In this document: piece after piece, positions 50,539 through 61,460 of the stretch
Layout of the letters: every line of letters starts with the position of its first letter
How positions within the stretch are numbered: the first letter of the stretch is position 1
Assembly (NCBI GenBank): GCA_963674945.2
Contig: CAXXWQ010000004.1
Coordinates: 1,376,001-1,440,000 of the forward strand
Direction of reading: 5' to 3'
Length of the DNA stretch: 64,000 nt
Origin: an uncultured Desulfosarcina sp.
GTDB taxonomy: Bacteria; Desulfobacterota; Desulfobacteria; Desulfobacterales; Desulfosarcinaceae
The notes under the pieces: generated by a model
Database searches by the model: none
Told to the model about the DNA's origin: nothing
What the model saw: the letters and a program-made list of their open reading frames with translations, nothing else
Program-made: the position numbers and the translations under genes

Positions 50539-52008
50539 TTATTCCTTTTTTGATAACCCTAAAATTTCGCGAACCTGCCGTACGCCCCTGCGATTCATTT
50601 CCACCCAAGAGCCATCATCATCCGGTTTACGTTCGATATCCGTCAGCAATGCCTCAACCGCTTCACGTCCATCGGCCGTTCGGACCGCCTTGCGGGGCGT
50701 CTTCCCGTTCAACGCCGGCAGTTTCTCGTCAACCCACCCTATCCAATGCCGTTCCATCATCTCTTGGAGTTGGGCCATCACCTCCGGGTTCTTCATCAAT
50801 TCATCCGATTCGGCCAACGACGGAGGCTTTCCATCTCGGTCCATAGAGCGCTCCATCATGGCGTCCATATCCTGGATTTCATCCAGCCGGAAACGGGCGG
50901 TAGTCCCCAACCGCCGTTCCACTTCCTGACGAATCCTTTCGGCACGCCCGGCCGAATTGACATCGATGGTCATCTTCTCCTTGTCGATGCGGATATGACC
51001 AAAGATGGTGTTGTCCAATCCCGAATGCCCCTTGAATCCTTTTCCACTCCACGGGAATTCGACGGATATAATCTGTCCTTTGGCATCGAGTGTTGCCGCC
51101 TGCCGAAGCGTTTGCGGCGTTTCCGTCGCACATAACGAAGCCATCTTGCAGAAGGCCTCCTCCGACGACTCGATCTGGTACACCAGTTTATGGAATTCCA
51201 GAAAATCGCCGTCGGTATTGGTCAATTGCGGCGGTTGGTGAAGATGTTCCTCCATCGCCAAATAAAATTGACGGATGTCCATATCCCAGTCGTAAAGCTG
51301 TTCGTCGGTCACAGGCCTTCGCCCCTCGCGCAATCGGTTGCGTACATCGATGAGCTGCGGTTTGAATCCCGGCGGGATGATGGTGGTTCCCAGCCCGACA
51401 ATCATGCCAACCCCGTCAACCATCGCCGCGCGACCGAACACCATGTCCGTGGGTTGGAGGTACTCGGACCCCGCACACTCCTGAACGGTGATCTTCCAGC
51501 CGGTCAACACGTCTTTCAATACCATGGAACGCCCCAAATCCACCGACAGCACCTCGTAGAAACTATAGGGCTTTCGACCAAAGGCGGAGATGATTTTCGC
51601 TTCCAGGCTGTCGATGGCCGGACCGCGCTGCCGGGCATAATATTCCGCCACGGTCAGGTTGGCCGGACAATCCAGCGGCTCTTCGAAATCGTCGGGATCG
51701 TAATACCAGCTGAAAACAAACCACGGCCAGAACAAAGGACCGGCACGATCCAGCCTTTCGGCAGTGGGCACCAAATCATCCTCCGATTCCGGCCATCCCC
51801 AAAATTCATCGACTGCCGCCAGGATGGCCTCGTCGCCGAAGGCATCCCGGCCCTGTTTCATCAGCCGGTTCGCCAGCTTGTCGTGCGCCTTGGACAACCG
51901 GCGGTAATGCGCCTCTACCGAAGAAACGGCCTGCTGTTTCTGCAAACAGCATTTTTTGTATTTCTTCCCGCTACCGCAGGGACAGGGGGCGTTGCGGCCA
52001 ATATTCAT
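50539..52008 (-). CDS. SEC-C motif protein with C-terminal MbcA/ParS(Xre)-like antitoxin domain
   Basis: GRNAPCPCGSGKKYKKCC at the N-terminus; W.DEKLPALNGKTP...GREAVEALL at the C-terminus. Confidence 0.8.
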   Translation of the reverse strand: MNIGRNAPCPCGSGKKYKKCCLQKQQAVSSVEAHYRRLSKAHDKLANRLMKQGRDAFGDEAILAAVDEFWGWPESEDDLVPTAERLDRAGPLFWPWFVFSWYYDPDDFEEPLDCPANLTVAEYYARQRGPAIDSLEAKIISAFGRKPYSFYEVLSVDLGRSMVLKDVLTGWKITVQECAGSEYLQPTDMVFGRAAMVDGVGMIVGLGTTIIPPGFKPQLIDVRNRLREGRRPVTDEQLYDWDMDIRQFYLAMEEHLHQPPQLTNTDGDFLEFHKLVYQIESSEEAFCKMASLCATETPQTLRQAATLDAKGQIISVEFPWSGKGFKGHSGLDNTIFGHIRIDKEKMTIDVNSAGRAERIRQEVERRLGTTARFRLDEIQDMDAMMERSMDRDGKPPSLAESDELMKNPEVMAQLQEMMERHWIGWVDEKLPALNGKTPRKAVRTADGREAVEALLTDIERKPDDDGSWVEMNRRGVRQVREILGLSKKE

Positions 52009-52010
52009 TT

Positions 52011-52881
52011 TTACTTTTCGCTTCTCTGTGATGGTCTCTTTTTTCGGGCCTCTTCAAGAACCATTGCAATACGCGATATCTCTTTCACCAGCGCGTACTG
52101 CCACTGACCGTATTGGCCGCTGGTATTCACGGCATCGACCCAGCGCCGGGCCGCCGCCTTTTTCTCCGATTCGAGGGGATCGAAGCCTTTTGTTTCGAGA
52201 ATAAGATACGAGTTCTGTGGCGTACCGTTTTTCAGACGGCACCCCGAAGATTTTGGCCACCTCCTCCGAAAATTTGCCGTCTTCGTCGACCTGGTAATTC
52301 ATGCGCCGCAGGCCCCGCCCCACCACCTGTTCGCACAGCAATTGGGACATGAACGGCCGCAACCCGATGATGTGCGTTACGCTGTTGCAGTCCCAACCTT
52401 CGGTCAGCATGCCCACGCTGACAATGCAGCGCACGTCTCGTCCAGGCGGGTGCAGCGGCCGCTCCAGTTTACGGGCCAGGGTTTCGAAGCCTTCGGGATG
52501 GATGGGACGTCCCTGCCGGTCGGTCGGCCAGGCACTCTTGCCAATCGTATCGAGTGTATGCCGCATCCATTGGATCTCATCGGCCTTGGCTTCGCCGGTA
52601 TCGGTCTCGTAAACCACCTTGGTGTCCACGCGAATCGTCCGAATTTCATCATCCGTATTACGAAACTCCGGCAGATTGGCCTCGGTGCCCATGCGCGCCA
52701 GGTAAAAGGGCGTAGCCGAGAAGTCCGCACAGAAATTGATTCCGCGAAGCCGCTGGATGCGATCCAGCCCCTCCACCCACACGGTAGCCTCCGGTTTTAA
52801 GGCCTCCTCTTCGGCCGCATCCTCGGCATCGTCGAAAAGATCCAACTGCTCATCCGTGGTTCGATTGTGGATGCGGTAGGC
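52011..52881 (-). pseudogene. Internally deleted type III-like restriction helicase/endonuclease (Res)
   Basis: Fragments AYRI..., [25 protein letters not shown] and, in another frame, ILETKGFD...[10 protein letters not shown]...TAA at 52011. Confidence 0.8.
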
Positions 52882-53009
52882 GGCCGGTGGCCGGGATTTT
52901 CAAACTGCGCCTGGGTGCCCACTTCGGGCCGCATCAGTGAACTGGCCGTGGGATGCTGGTAGGTCTCCGTCTGGGTAGCTGCTTTGCGGGTGGTCCTTTT
53001 GCGCGCCAT
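52873..53009 (-). pseudogene. 5' fragment of the partner DNA methyltransferase (Mod)
   Basis: MARKRTT...ETYQHPTASSLMRPEVGTQAQF resembles N-termini of methyltransferases paired with this Res type (from recall). Frameshifted and fused to the Res fragment. Confidence 0.6.
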
Positions 53010-53284
53010 GGCAATTTCCTCAAGCCGTCTTCAAGTAAATCGATTCGTATCTCACGCATTCAATGGCGATCAGGCAAATGGATCATGAGCTATCACTGCT
53101 GTTTGGAAAACGAAATACGATTAAAGATATATCATATTGAGATAAACATTCAAAGTTATGGGATAACGCTTCTAATAAATTGTCGGCCATCGGATCGGCA
53201 AAAAATGGTTGATGCGTACAGATTTTCAAATGCCTGCCGATAAGATTGAATGAAAGAAAACCCATAACAAACAGGCAAAGGAAA

Positions 53285-53842
53285 ATGACCAGAAGACCCC
53301 ATTATCCACACCCCATGAAAAACGCCAGCGGCGGCGCCGTTTTCGTCATCGTGCTTCTGTTGGTTTTCATGTCCATCCTCGGCGGTGGCGGATACGTTGC
53401 CTATACCAAATTCATCAAAAAACCGCCATTACAGACCAAACTCGCCTGTGTAAAAATAAAACCGGAGTTGGTACAGTTCAGCCATGATCTGATATCTCCC
53501 ATACTCTACAACAACATGGTAATGATGGACGATATCTTGGTGATGATGGACAAGGAACTGGATCGTTTGAAGCGGATCGAAAAGAAATATCCCAATCAGG
53601 CAAAAATTGTCACGCCCCAAATCGAGGAACTTTCCGCCGCCCGCGATCGGCTGGGCGAGGCGCTCGAACGGGTGACGGCAAAAATCGAGAAGATCTACGT
53701 CACCTGGCTGGTCAATCAAAGAGACGGTGCCGTTCAGATTCGAGAAAACAGAAGCCTTTTGACCAATCAACTGGCCGAAACCATTCGCGATGAGGCCATG
53801 CTCATCGGCCGGGTCCGCAAGAACAAGGACGCAACCTCCTGA
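53285..53842 (+). CDS. Membrane-anchored coiled-coil hypothetical protein
   Basis: One N-terminal TM (VFVIVLLLVFMSILGGGGYVAY) followed by helical heptads. Start uncertain. Confidence 0.75.
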   Translation: MTRRPHYPHPMKNASGGAVFVIVLLLVFMSILGGGGYVAYTKFIKKPPLQTKLACVKIKPELVQFSHDLISPILYNNMVMMDDILVMMDKELDRLKRIEKKYPNQAKIVTPQIEELSAARDRLGEALERVTAKIEKIYVTWLVNQRDGAVQIRENRSLLTNQLAETIRDEAMLIGRVRKNKDATS

Positions 53843-53862
53843 CATAGAATTCTGGACGAGCG

Positions 53863-55386
53863 TTACCGGTATGTGCGGTAATCCACACCATACTTTTTCG
53901 CCTTGTAGGCAAATTTTCGTACCGTGGTTTTCAGGATATCCGCGGCAAGGGTGATGTTGCCGCGGGTATTTTTCAACGAATCGATGATCATCTCCTTTTC
54001 CAGTGCGGCCACGGCATCCTCCAAAGAGAGATCCGGCAGGGTTCCGCTCTCCGCTCCCGTCTGCAGGGTGGGAGGAAGATGGTAACTGTGGATGGCACCC
54101 TCCTCACAGAGAAGCACGGCCCGTTCGATGCAATTTTCCAGTTCCCGGACGTTTCCGGGCCAATGGTAGGCCATGAGCATGTCGATGGCCGGGGTGGAGA
54201 GGCGTTTGACCTCCCGCCCGTTCTCTTCTGCATAACGTTCCAGGAAGAAATCGGCCAACAGAAGAATGTCCGTTTTTCGTTCCCGCAAAGGCGGCATGTA
54301 TATGGGAAAAACGTTGAGTCGATAATAGAGATCTCCGCGAAAAGTGCCCTCATCCACCGCTTGTTCCAGGTTCTTATTGGTGGCTGCGATGATACGAACA
54401 TCCACCTTCAGGGTCTTGTGACCCCCGACACGTTCGAATTCCCGCTCCTGTAAAACACGCAACAGGCGAACCTGAACATCGGGCTCGATGCTGCCGATTT
54501 CGTCGAGAAAAATAGTCCCCTTATGGGCCAGTTCGAACCGTCCCATTTTCTGTTTGACGGCACCGGTAAAGGCTCCCTTTTCGTGTCCGAACAACTCGCT
54601 TTCGATGAGGTTGTTGGGAATGGCAGCACAATTGACTTTGACGAAGGGGCCCTTGGACCGGGTGGAGTTGTAATGGATGGAGTTGGCAACCAGTTCCTTT
54701 CCAGTGCCGCTCTCCCCGCGTATCAGTACGGTGGCGTTGCTTCGCGACACCTGACTGATCATCTGGAACACCTCTCTCATCTTGTTGCTGTTGCCGATGA
54801 TGTTGTTGATGCGGTACTTGTTTTCCAACTCGTCCCGAAGGCGTTTGTTCTCGTCCCGGAGCGCTTCCTTCTCAAGATGAATCGTCTCTAAATTGATGGC
54901 ATGGCGGGCCAGCATGGTGGCCACCACGGAGAGCAGTTTTGTGCCTTCGTCCAGCGGGTACTCCGGATCGTATGCCCGGTCCACGCTCAAGGCGCCGACG
55001 ACACGCTTTCCCTTTTGTACGGGAACACAGATGAATGAAATCTCTCCCATCTCCTTGAGTCGGCGGGATGCAGTCCGGTTCAGAAAGTGGGGTTCCTCGC
55101 TGATCTTGGGTATGGCCACGGCCTTGCCGGTCTGGATGACCCGGCCGATGATCCCCTCGCCCAGCTTGTATTTCACCCGATCCATGGCGCTTTTGGAAAG
55201 GCTGTGGGCCACTTCGATACTGATTTCATTGCGAAGTGGATTGAGGATCGATACGGTTCCACGTTCCATCTGCATGAAGTTGGAAAGAAGATCCAAGACC
55301 TTGAACATGGCTTTCTTCAGGTCCAGGTGCTCGTTGAGGGCATTGGATATCTCGTACAAGAGGGTGACCTGTTCAATGGTATTCAT
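53863..55386 (-). CDS. Sigma54-dependent activator, GAF-AAA+-HTH (NifA-like)
   Basis: GAF domain (GEGIIGRV), [39 protein letters not shown]. Confidence 0.93.
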   Translation of the reverse strand: MNTIEQVTLLYEISNALNEHLDLKKAMFKVLDLLSNFMQMERGTVSILNPLRNEISIEVAHSLSKSAMDRVKYKLGEGIIGRVIQTGKAVAIPKISEEPHFLNRTASRRLKEMGEISFICVPVQKGKRVVGALSVDRAYDPEYPLDEGTKLLSVVATMLARHAINLETIHLEKEALRDENKRLRDELENKYRINNIIGNSNKMREVFQMISQVSRSNATVLIRGESGTGKELVANSIHYNSTRSKGPFVKVNCAAIPNNLIESELFGHEKGAFTGAVKQKMGRFELAHKGTIFLDEIGSIEPDVQVRLLRVLQEREFERVGGHKTLKVDVRIIAATNKNLEQAVDEGTFRGDLYYRLNVFPIYMPPLRERKTDILLLADFFLERYAEENGREVKRLSTPAIDMLMAYHWPGNVRELENCIERAVLLCEEGAIHSYHLPPTLQTGAESGTLPDLSLEDAVAALEKEMIIDSLKNTRGNITLAADILKTTVRKFAYKAKKYGVDYRTYR

Positions 55387-55579
55387 TGTGTATCCTTTGG
55401 GTGTCCAGTCCGATCAGCGCATTTCGGGTCAGCATTTATCGGGTGCCAATCCATATGGAATGTGGCCGCGTCGGCCAACATCGGCATTGTATTGTGTCTA
55501 TGCTAAAATAAGTTTGCCTACAACATTTTTGTAATATTTTGCAACCCCATTGACGAAGATCGCCAATTTTTTACTACAT

Positions 55580-55650
55580 GTAAAACCTTTTCCAGGCCGT
55601 AGACGGCCAAAGAGTGTTACGAAAGAAACCCGTTCTACGTTGTTGAATCG
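55580..55650. repeat. Dispersed repeat, partial copy C
   Basis: gtaaaaccttttccaggccgtagacggccaaagagtgttacgaaagaaac aligns with 33781-33830. Confidence 0.7.
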
Positions 55651-55677
55651 AATACCGACCGAGCGTATAATGATTCG

Positions 55678-56853
55678 ATGATTTTTCATATCGACATGGA
55701 TGCATTCTTCGCATCGGTGGAACAAAAAGATTTCCCGGACCTTTCCGGAAACCCCCTGGTGGTGGGGGGCAAATCGGGGCGGGGAGTGGTGGCGGCGGCC
55801 AGTTACGAGGCGCGCCGATACGGCATTCACAGTGCCATGCCCATCTTTATGGCCCGACAGCGCTGTCCCGGTCTCATCATCGTTCCCCCGCGCAAACACC
55901 GATACAAAGAGGTTTCCCGGTCGATCATGGCCATCCTCGGCCGATATTCACCCATCGTGGAACAGGTCTCCATCGATGAGGCATATATGGACGCCGCCGG
56001 CTGCCATCGGCTGTTCGGCCCTGCCGAAGAGATGGCACGTGCCATCAAGGACGAAATTTATGCAAAAACCGCCCTGACCTGCTCCATCGGCGTGGCACCA
56101 CTGAAATTCCTGGCAAAAATCGCATCGGACATGAAAAAGCCCGACGGGCTGACCGTCATCCATGATGAGGACGTACCCGATTTTATCTTTTCTTTGCCCG
56201 TAGAAAAGGTGCAAGGCGTTGGAAAAAACGCATTTCAGCAATTGCGACAATTGGGCATCACTACCCTTGGAGATGTCAGGCGTTTCGAGACAGACGCATT
56301 GGTAAAACGACTGGGCATATACGGTCATCGGCTGATGGATCTCGCCTGCGGTCGAGATTCATCGACCGTAACACCGCACAGGCCCACAAAATCCATCTCC
56401 ACGGAACGGACCCTTTCCGCTGATACCCGCGACCGGAAACAATTGAGACAGCACCTGCTGTCCCAGAGTCAGGAGGTGGGCCGCCAGCTTCGCCACCAGG
56501 GTTTTCTGGCCCGCACCATCACACTAAAATTGAAGGACGCCGATTTCAGACAGATTACCCGCAGTGTTACCATCGATCATGCCACCCAGTGTTCCCAGCG
56601 CATCTATCAAATGGCCGAGACCTTGCTTTCGGGACAGGAAATTGATAACCCCATCCGGCTCATCGGCATCGGTGCGTCGGCATTGATCCGGGACACGGAA
56701 CCGATACAGATGTCCTTGTTTTCCCAGGCCACCCAACCAGTGAATCGATGGGACGAAATTGACAGGACCGTGGATCGAATCACCGAACGCTTCGGCAATT
56801 GCGCCGTTCACCGTGGTTCCCTCTCGCCAGTCGATGACATATCCATGGATTGA
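55678..56853 (+). CDS. dinB: DNA polymerase IV
   Basis: HIDMDAFFASVE, AASYEAR, SIDEAY, AKIASDMKKPDG. Confidence 0.97.
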   Translation: MIFHIDMDAFFASVEQKDFPDLSGNPLVVGGKSGRGVVAAASYEARRYGIHSAMPIFMARQRCPGLIIVPPRKHRYKEVSRSIMAILGRYSPIVEQVSIDEAYMDAAGCHRLFGPAEEMARAIKDEIYAKTALTCSIGVAPLKFLAKIASDMKKPDGLTVIHDEDVPDFIFSLPVEKVQGVGKNAFQQLRQLGITTLGDVRRFETDALVKRLGIYGHRLMDLACGRDSSTVTPHRPTKSISTERTLSADTRDRKQLRQHLLSQSQEVGRQLRHQGFLARTITLKLKDADFRQITRSVTIDHATQCSQRIYQMAETLLSGQEIDNPIRLIGIGASALIRDTEPIQMSLFSQATQPVNRWDEIDRTVDRITERFGNCAVHRGSLSPVDDISMD

Positions 56854-56881
56854 CGTTTTTTCGGAAGGAGGAAAAATACCG

Positions 56882-57955
56882 ATGAAAGAGTTTAAAACGG
56901 AGGTGGTCGAAGCATTGTCCAATGCCAACGGCATATCGGGATTCGAGGACGACGTCCTGGCCGTTGTCAGACGATTTGCCAAAAAATCCATCCACATCGA
57001 GGAAGACACACTTCGAAACCTCTACATGCGACGCAGCGAGAACGCAGGCAACCGGCCCATGGTGATGGTCGATGGCCACAGCGATGAAGTGGGTTTCATG
57101 GTGCAGTCCGTCTCCAAGAACGGCACACTGAAATTCGTACCCATGGGAGGCTGGATGGCCCAGGTGGCCATGGGGCAGAAAGTTCGGGTGATGAACCAGC
57201 ACGGAGGGACGGTCTTTGGCGTGATTGCCGCCAAACCACCCCACTTCGTAAAACCGGAAGAGAAAAACAAACTCGTTGAAATGGACCAGATGTTCATCGA
57301 TGTGGGCGCCACCTCCAAAGAGGAGGTGGTATCACAAATCGGTATCGCGCCCGGCGCACCTGTGGTACCGGATGTATGGTTCTCCTTCGATGAAGGCAAG
57401 GGGATCATGATGGGAAAGGCTTTCGATTGCCGCCTTGGTTGCGCCGCCGTGATCCAGACCCTCAACCGTTTGGAAGGGCAAACCCTTTCGGTGGATGTCG
57501 TTGGCACCCTCTCCGCCCAGGAGGAGGTGGGCCTTCGGGGGGCACAGGTATCGGCCAGGCGCGTCAAACCGGATGTGGCCATCATCTTCGAGGGAACACC
57601 GGCCGACGACATTTTCAAAGAGGGTGACCAGGCCCAGGCCGTGCTGAAAAAGGGTCCGCAGATCCGCCACCGGGACAACTCCATGGTGGCCAACCCCAGG
57701 TTCGTTCGATTCGCCCGTGAAATCGCCCGAAAGGCGAAAATCCCCTTTCAGGATGCGGTCAGGGAGAGCGGCGGAACCAACGGCGGCATGGTGAATCTTG
57801 CCGGCCAGGGCGTACCGGTTGTAGTACTGGGTGTTCCGGTACGGTATATTCATGCCCCCCACGGCATCGCTGCCATACACGATCTCAAATGGGCGGTGGA
57901 CTGGGCCTGCGCATTGATCGAAAATCTCGATGAAGATGTTATCAAAGGGTTTTGA
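56882..57955 (+). CDS. M42 family metallo-aminopeptidase
   Basis: [32 protein letters not shown]. Confidence 0.92.
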   Translation: MKEFKTEVVEALSNANGISGFEDDVLAVVRRFAKKSIHIEEDTLRNLYMRRSENAGNRPMVMVDGHSDEVGFMVQSVSKNGTLKFVPMGGWMAQVAMGQKVRVMNQHGGTVFGVIAAKPPHFVKPEEKNKLVEMDQMFIDVGATSKEEVVSQIGIAPGAPVVPDVWFSFDEGKGIMMGKAFDCRLGCAAVIQTLNRLEGQTLSVDVVGTLSAQEEVGLRGAQVSARRVKPDVAIIFEGTPADDIFKEGDQAQAVLKKGPQIRHRDNSMVANPRFVRFAREIARKAKIPFQDAVRESGGTNGGMVNLAGQGVPVVVLGVPVRYIHAPHGIAAIHDLKWAVDWACALIENLDEDVIKGF

Positions 57956-58793
57956 TCATCATATCTTTCAGCATCCGGATCTCCTCGGCCCATCTTTTCT
58001 CATCCGGGGTCTCCAGGATAAGGGGCATATCGTCGAATCGCGGATCGTTCATGATCATCTGAAACGGTGAAAGTCCCAAGGTTCCCTTTCCCAGGCTTTC
58101 ATGGCGATCCACGCGGCTGCCCAGGATCTTCTTTCCATCGTTCAGGTGAACTCCCCGTAAAAAGTGAAATCCCACCACCTTATCGAACCGGTCCAGGGTC
58201 TCTTCGTACCCCTCGCGGGTCACCAGGTCATAGCCGGCCGAGAAGCTGTGACAGGTATCCAGGCACACCCCCACCCGGGATGAATCGGTAACCTTTTCGA
58301 TAATCTCGGCCAGATGTTCGAAACAATACCCCACATTGGTACCCTGGCCGGCGGTGTTCTCGATCACGGCGGTCACGCCCCTTGTTTCGGCCAGGGCCAG
58401 GTTGATGGATTCGGCGATGCGGGCCAGGCACGCGCTTTCGGAAATCTTGTTCAGGTGGCTGCCCGGATGAAAATTGAGATAGACCAGTCCCAGCTGTTGG
58501 CAGCGGGTCATCTCGTCGATAAAGGCGTCGCGAGATTTTTCCAGCCCCTCTGCTTCCGGGTGACCGAGGTTGATCAGGTAACTGTCATGGGGAAGAATGG
58601 TTTCCGGTCCGTACCCGGCCTCGGCGCAATTTTTCTTGAACGCTGCAATGGACGCCTCTGTCAGCGGCTTGGCCTTCCACTGGCGCTGGTTCTTGGTAAA
58701 CAGGGCAAAGGCGGTGGCACCGATCTTTTTGGCATTCAAGGGAGCGTTTTCCACACCGCCGGCTGCGCTCACATGGGCGCCGATATATTTCAT
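57942..58793 (-). CDS. nfo: Endonuclease IV
   Basis: [47 protein letters not shown]. Confidence 0.97.
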   Translation of the reverse strand: MKYIGAHVSAAGGVENAPLNAKKIGATAFALFTKNQRQWKAKPLTEASIAAFKKNCAEAGYGPETILPHDSYLINLGHPEAEGLEKSRDAFIDEMTRCQQLGLVYLNFHPGSHLNKISESACLARIAESINLALAETRGVTAVIENTAGQGTNVGYCFEHLAEIIEKVTDSSRVGVCLDTCHSFSAGYDLVTREGYEETLDRFDKVVGFHFLRGVHLNDGKKILGSRVDRHESLGKGTLGLSPFQMIMNDPRFDDMPLILETPDEKRWAEEIRMLKDMMIKTL

Positions 58794-59503
58794 GGTACAA
58801 GTTCCCTCTTTGGTTGAAAGATCCGTCCATGGAACTGTCGTGAAAATGTGTCTTCGCATTCTCGAACCGCCCCAAGAAACCGTCCGACCTTTTCCGGGTC
58901 TTTCCGACCGGGGGATGCCTCCACACCGGAACTCACATCCACGGCGGCGGGCAATGCGGCGGAGATGGCTTCGGCCACGTTGTCCGGTGAAAGGCCGCCC
59001 GCCAGGACCAATGGATACCGTTGCCCGAATTCTCTGGCAGCCCCCCAATCCCAAACCACGGCATTTCCTCCCGGAAGCGGTCCTTTGGAACACTCCACCA
59101 GGTATCCATTTACACGAAATGCGGCGGCCGCCGACAGATCCGGCACGCCATCCACGAACAGCGCCTTGATCACGGTTACCCCCTGCGATCTCAATCGCTT
59201 TGCCAGGCCCGGCGCCTCCTTTCCGTGCAACTGCACCACCGACAGGTTGCAGTGCTCCACTTGGGTCATGATCCCATCGTAGTCGGCATCCACAAAAACC
59301 CCCACCGTGGCCACCGATTTCGGCAGCGCCGCAACAATGGCCTTTGCCTGGCCCGTGTCGACATTTCGGGGACTCTTGGGGAAAAAGACCAACCCGATGG
59401 CGTCGACACCGGCCTCGGCGCAATACACCGCCTCGTCGGGCCGGGTCAGTCCGCAAATCTTTACCTGGATCGAGGATGTTGAATCAAACGTTTTAGAAGC
59501 CAT
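58790..59503 (-). CDS. trpF: Phosphoribosylanthranilate isomerase
   Basis: VKICGLT, SPR, VGVF, QLHG, LAGGL, DVSSGVE. Confidence 0.96.
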   Translation of the reverse strand: MASKTFDSTSSIQVKICGLTRPDEAVYCAEAGVDAIGLVFFPKSPRNVDTGQAKAIVAALPKSVATVGVFVDADYDGIMTQVEHCNLSVVQLHGKEAPGLAKRLRSQGVTVIKALFVDGVPDLSAAAAFRVNGYLVECSKGPLPGGNAVVWDWGAAREFGQRYPLVLAGGLSPDNVAEAISAALPAAVDVSSGVEASPGRKDPEKVGRFLGAVRECEDTFSRQFHGRIFQPKRELVP

Positions 59504-59512
59504 AATGTTTTC

Positions 59513-60310
59513 TTATGGACCCTTTTCCATTAGCCGTTGGATAAATCCCACCGGATCACCGGATCGAACGATGCTCTCGCCCACCAGAAAGTTGAAAATA
59601 CCGGCATCGAGGTTTTTTTGGATGTCGCCGTGCCCCGAAATTCCAGATGCGGCCACGGCCACCTGATCCGAAGCCAGCCGGGAGACCATGTTCATGGCCA
59701 CGGAAATGTCCGTATGAAAACTTTTCAGGTTGCGGTTGTTGATACCCACCAGTCGGACGCCCGAATCCGCCACCATGGCCGCGTCTTGTGGCGTGTGGAT
59801 CTCCACCAGGGCATCCATTTTCAGATCACGGCACAGGGCATACAACTCCGCCAGCTTCTCTTTTGTCAGGATCCGTGCAATCAACAAGATGGCATCGGCA
59901 CCGGCTGCCGCGGCCTCGACCACCTGGTAGGAATCGATGATGAATTCTTTTCTCAGCACGGGTATACTGCAGGCGGCCCTTGCCTTTTTCAGGTCATCGA
60001 GGCTTCCCTTGAAAAATGAGGAATCCGTGAGTACCGAAATGGCGGCGGCTCCCCCCTTATCGTAGTTCTCGGCGAAAGCGGCAGCATCCAGGTCAACGCA
60101 AATGTCGCCTTTGGAAGGCGAAGCCCGCTTGATTTCGGCGATGATGTTCACGCCGGTTTCACCGGGCCGGCACAAGGTTTGGAAAAAGGGACGAAAATCC
60201 GTCCGTTCTCTGGCCTGGTCCATCAGTCGGTCTTCCGATACAACCGATCGGGCCTTTTCGATTTCCCGTTCCTTCTGTTGTACGATGTTTTCTAAAATGT
60301 CAGTGGCCAT
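59513..60310 (-). CDS. trpC: Indole-3-glycerol phosphate synthase
   Basis: IAEIKRASPSKG, ISVLTD, LRKEF, GINNRNL, LVGES. Confidence 0.97.
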   Translation of the reverse strand: MATDILENIVQQKEREIEKARSVVSEDRLMDQARERTDFRPFFQTLCRPGETGVNIIAEIKRASPSKGDICVDLDAAAFAENYDKGGAAAISVLTDSSFFKGSLDDLKKARAACSIPVLRKEFIIDSYQVVEAAAAGADAILLIARILTKEKLAELYALCRDLKMDALVEIHTPQDAAMVADSGVRLVGINNRNLKSFHTDISVAMNMVSRLASDQVAVAASGISGHGDIQKNLDAGIFNFLVGESIVRSGDPVGFIQRLMEKGP

Positions 60311-60402
60311 GAAGATCTATCCAAAGGGCAGCGGTCAGCCTTTAGCGAATCGCTCAAATTAAGTCTTCTCTCTTGTGATGAAAAACTGATCGACGTCGAT
60401 GC

Positions 60403-61419
60403 CTACCCGTTGTTTTGTGTATAGTCAACGAGAGCAGTAAGCTTCTCCATCGCCGCGCCGCTGTCGATGGCCTGCGCGGCCATGGCGATGCCATCTTTCA
60501 GGTCCTGGACTTTCCGGCACGCCACCAGTGCGGCGGCGGAATTGAGAACGACCACATTCCGTTTGGGACCGGAATCACCGGACAGGATCTTTCGGGTAAT
60601 GTCCGCATTCTCGGACGGATCGCCGCCAACCATCTCCGCCGGCTCGGCGCGCTCTCCAAAGAATTGTTCCGGATAGATATCGAAGGTTCGGATCATGTCG
60701 TTTTCCAGTTGGGAAACACGGGTGGGGGCGCATACGGAAATTTCGTCCAGACCGTCGTGACCGTGAACCACATAGGCGCTTTTCGCACCCAGAAGGCGAA
60801 GGGCTTCGGCGAACATTTCGGTGAGTTGGGGAGCAAAAACACCCAACAGCTGGCAGCCGGCACCGGCCGGATTGGTCAACGGTCCAAGCATGTTGAAGAT
60901 ACTTCTTACGCCCACCTCCATACGCGCCTTGGCCGCATGGCGCATGGCACTGTGGTAGAGGGGAGCGAAGAGAAAACCGATGCCGATCTCGTTGACCGCC
61001 TCTTCCACAACCTCGGGATCCGTGTCCAACTTGATGCCCAGGGTTTCCAGCACGTCGGCACTGCCACATTTGGACGAAACACTGCGGTTTCCATGCTTGG
61101 CCACGGTTACGCCGCAACCGGCCACGACAAAAGCGGTGGTGGTGGAAATATTGAACGTCTGAAGTCCGTCGCCGCCCGTACCGCAGGTATCCACCACCGG
61201 TGATGCGGCCACCTGGATGCGATGGGCTTTTCTGCGCATGGCCCGTGCCGCACCGGCCAACTCCTCGAAGGTCTCTCCCTTGGTGGCGAGAGCCGCCATC
61301 ATGGCAGCCACCTGCGTATCGGTGGTCTTTCCGTCAAAAATGTCGGCCATCATCTCGGCCATCTGGGATTCGGTTAAATCGGTTCCATTGATAATGGTAG
61401 CAAGGTGGTCTTTGAACAT
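60403..61419 (-). CDS. trpD: Anthranilate phosphoribosyltransferase
   Basis: DTCGTGGDG, FNIST, KHGNRSVSSKCGSAD, FNMLGPL, GLDE. SD AAGGAG. Confidence 0.97.
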   Translation of the reverse strand: MFKDHLATIINGTDLTESQMAEMMADIFDGKTTDTQVAAMMAALATKGETFEELAGAARAMRRKAHRIQVAASPVVDTCGTGGDGLQTFNISTTTAFVVAGCGVTVAKHGNRSVSSKCGSADVLETLGIKLDTDPEVVEEAVNEIGIGFLFAPLYHSAMRHAAKARMEVGVRSIFNMLGPLTNPAGAGCQLLGVFAPQLTEMFAEALRLLGAKSAYVVHGHDGLDEISVCAPTRVSQLENDMIRTFDIYPEQFFGERAEPAEMVGGDPSENADITRKILSGDSGPKRNVVVLNSAAALVACRKVQDLKDGIAMAAQAIDSGAAMEKLTALVDYTQNNG

Positions 61420-61460
61420 GGTAAACATCTCCTTTTTGTCCATCCGGAGACGGACAATCG

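Noticed and set aside
50534..50700. TPP riboswitch before thiD
   Set aside because: The region is coding (SEC-C gene end) and lacks the CUGAGA motif.
58794..59456. 221-aa N-terminal extension of the nfo ORF
   Set aside because: It is an alternative frame of trpF. Nfo starts at ATG 58793.
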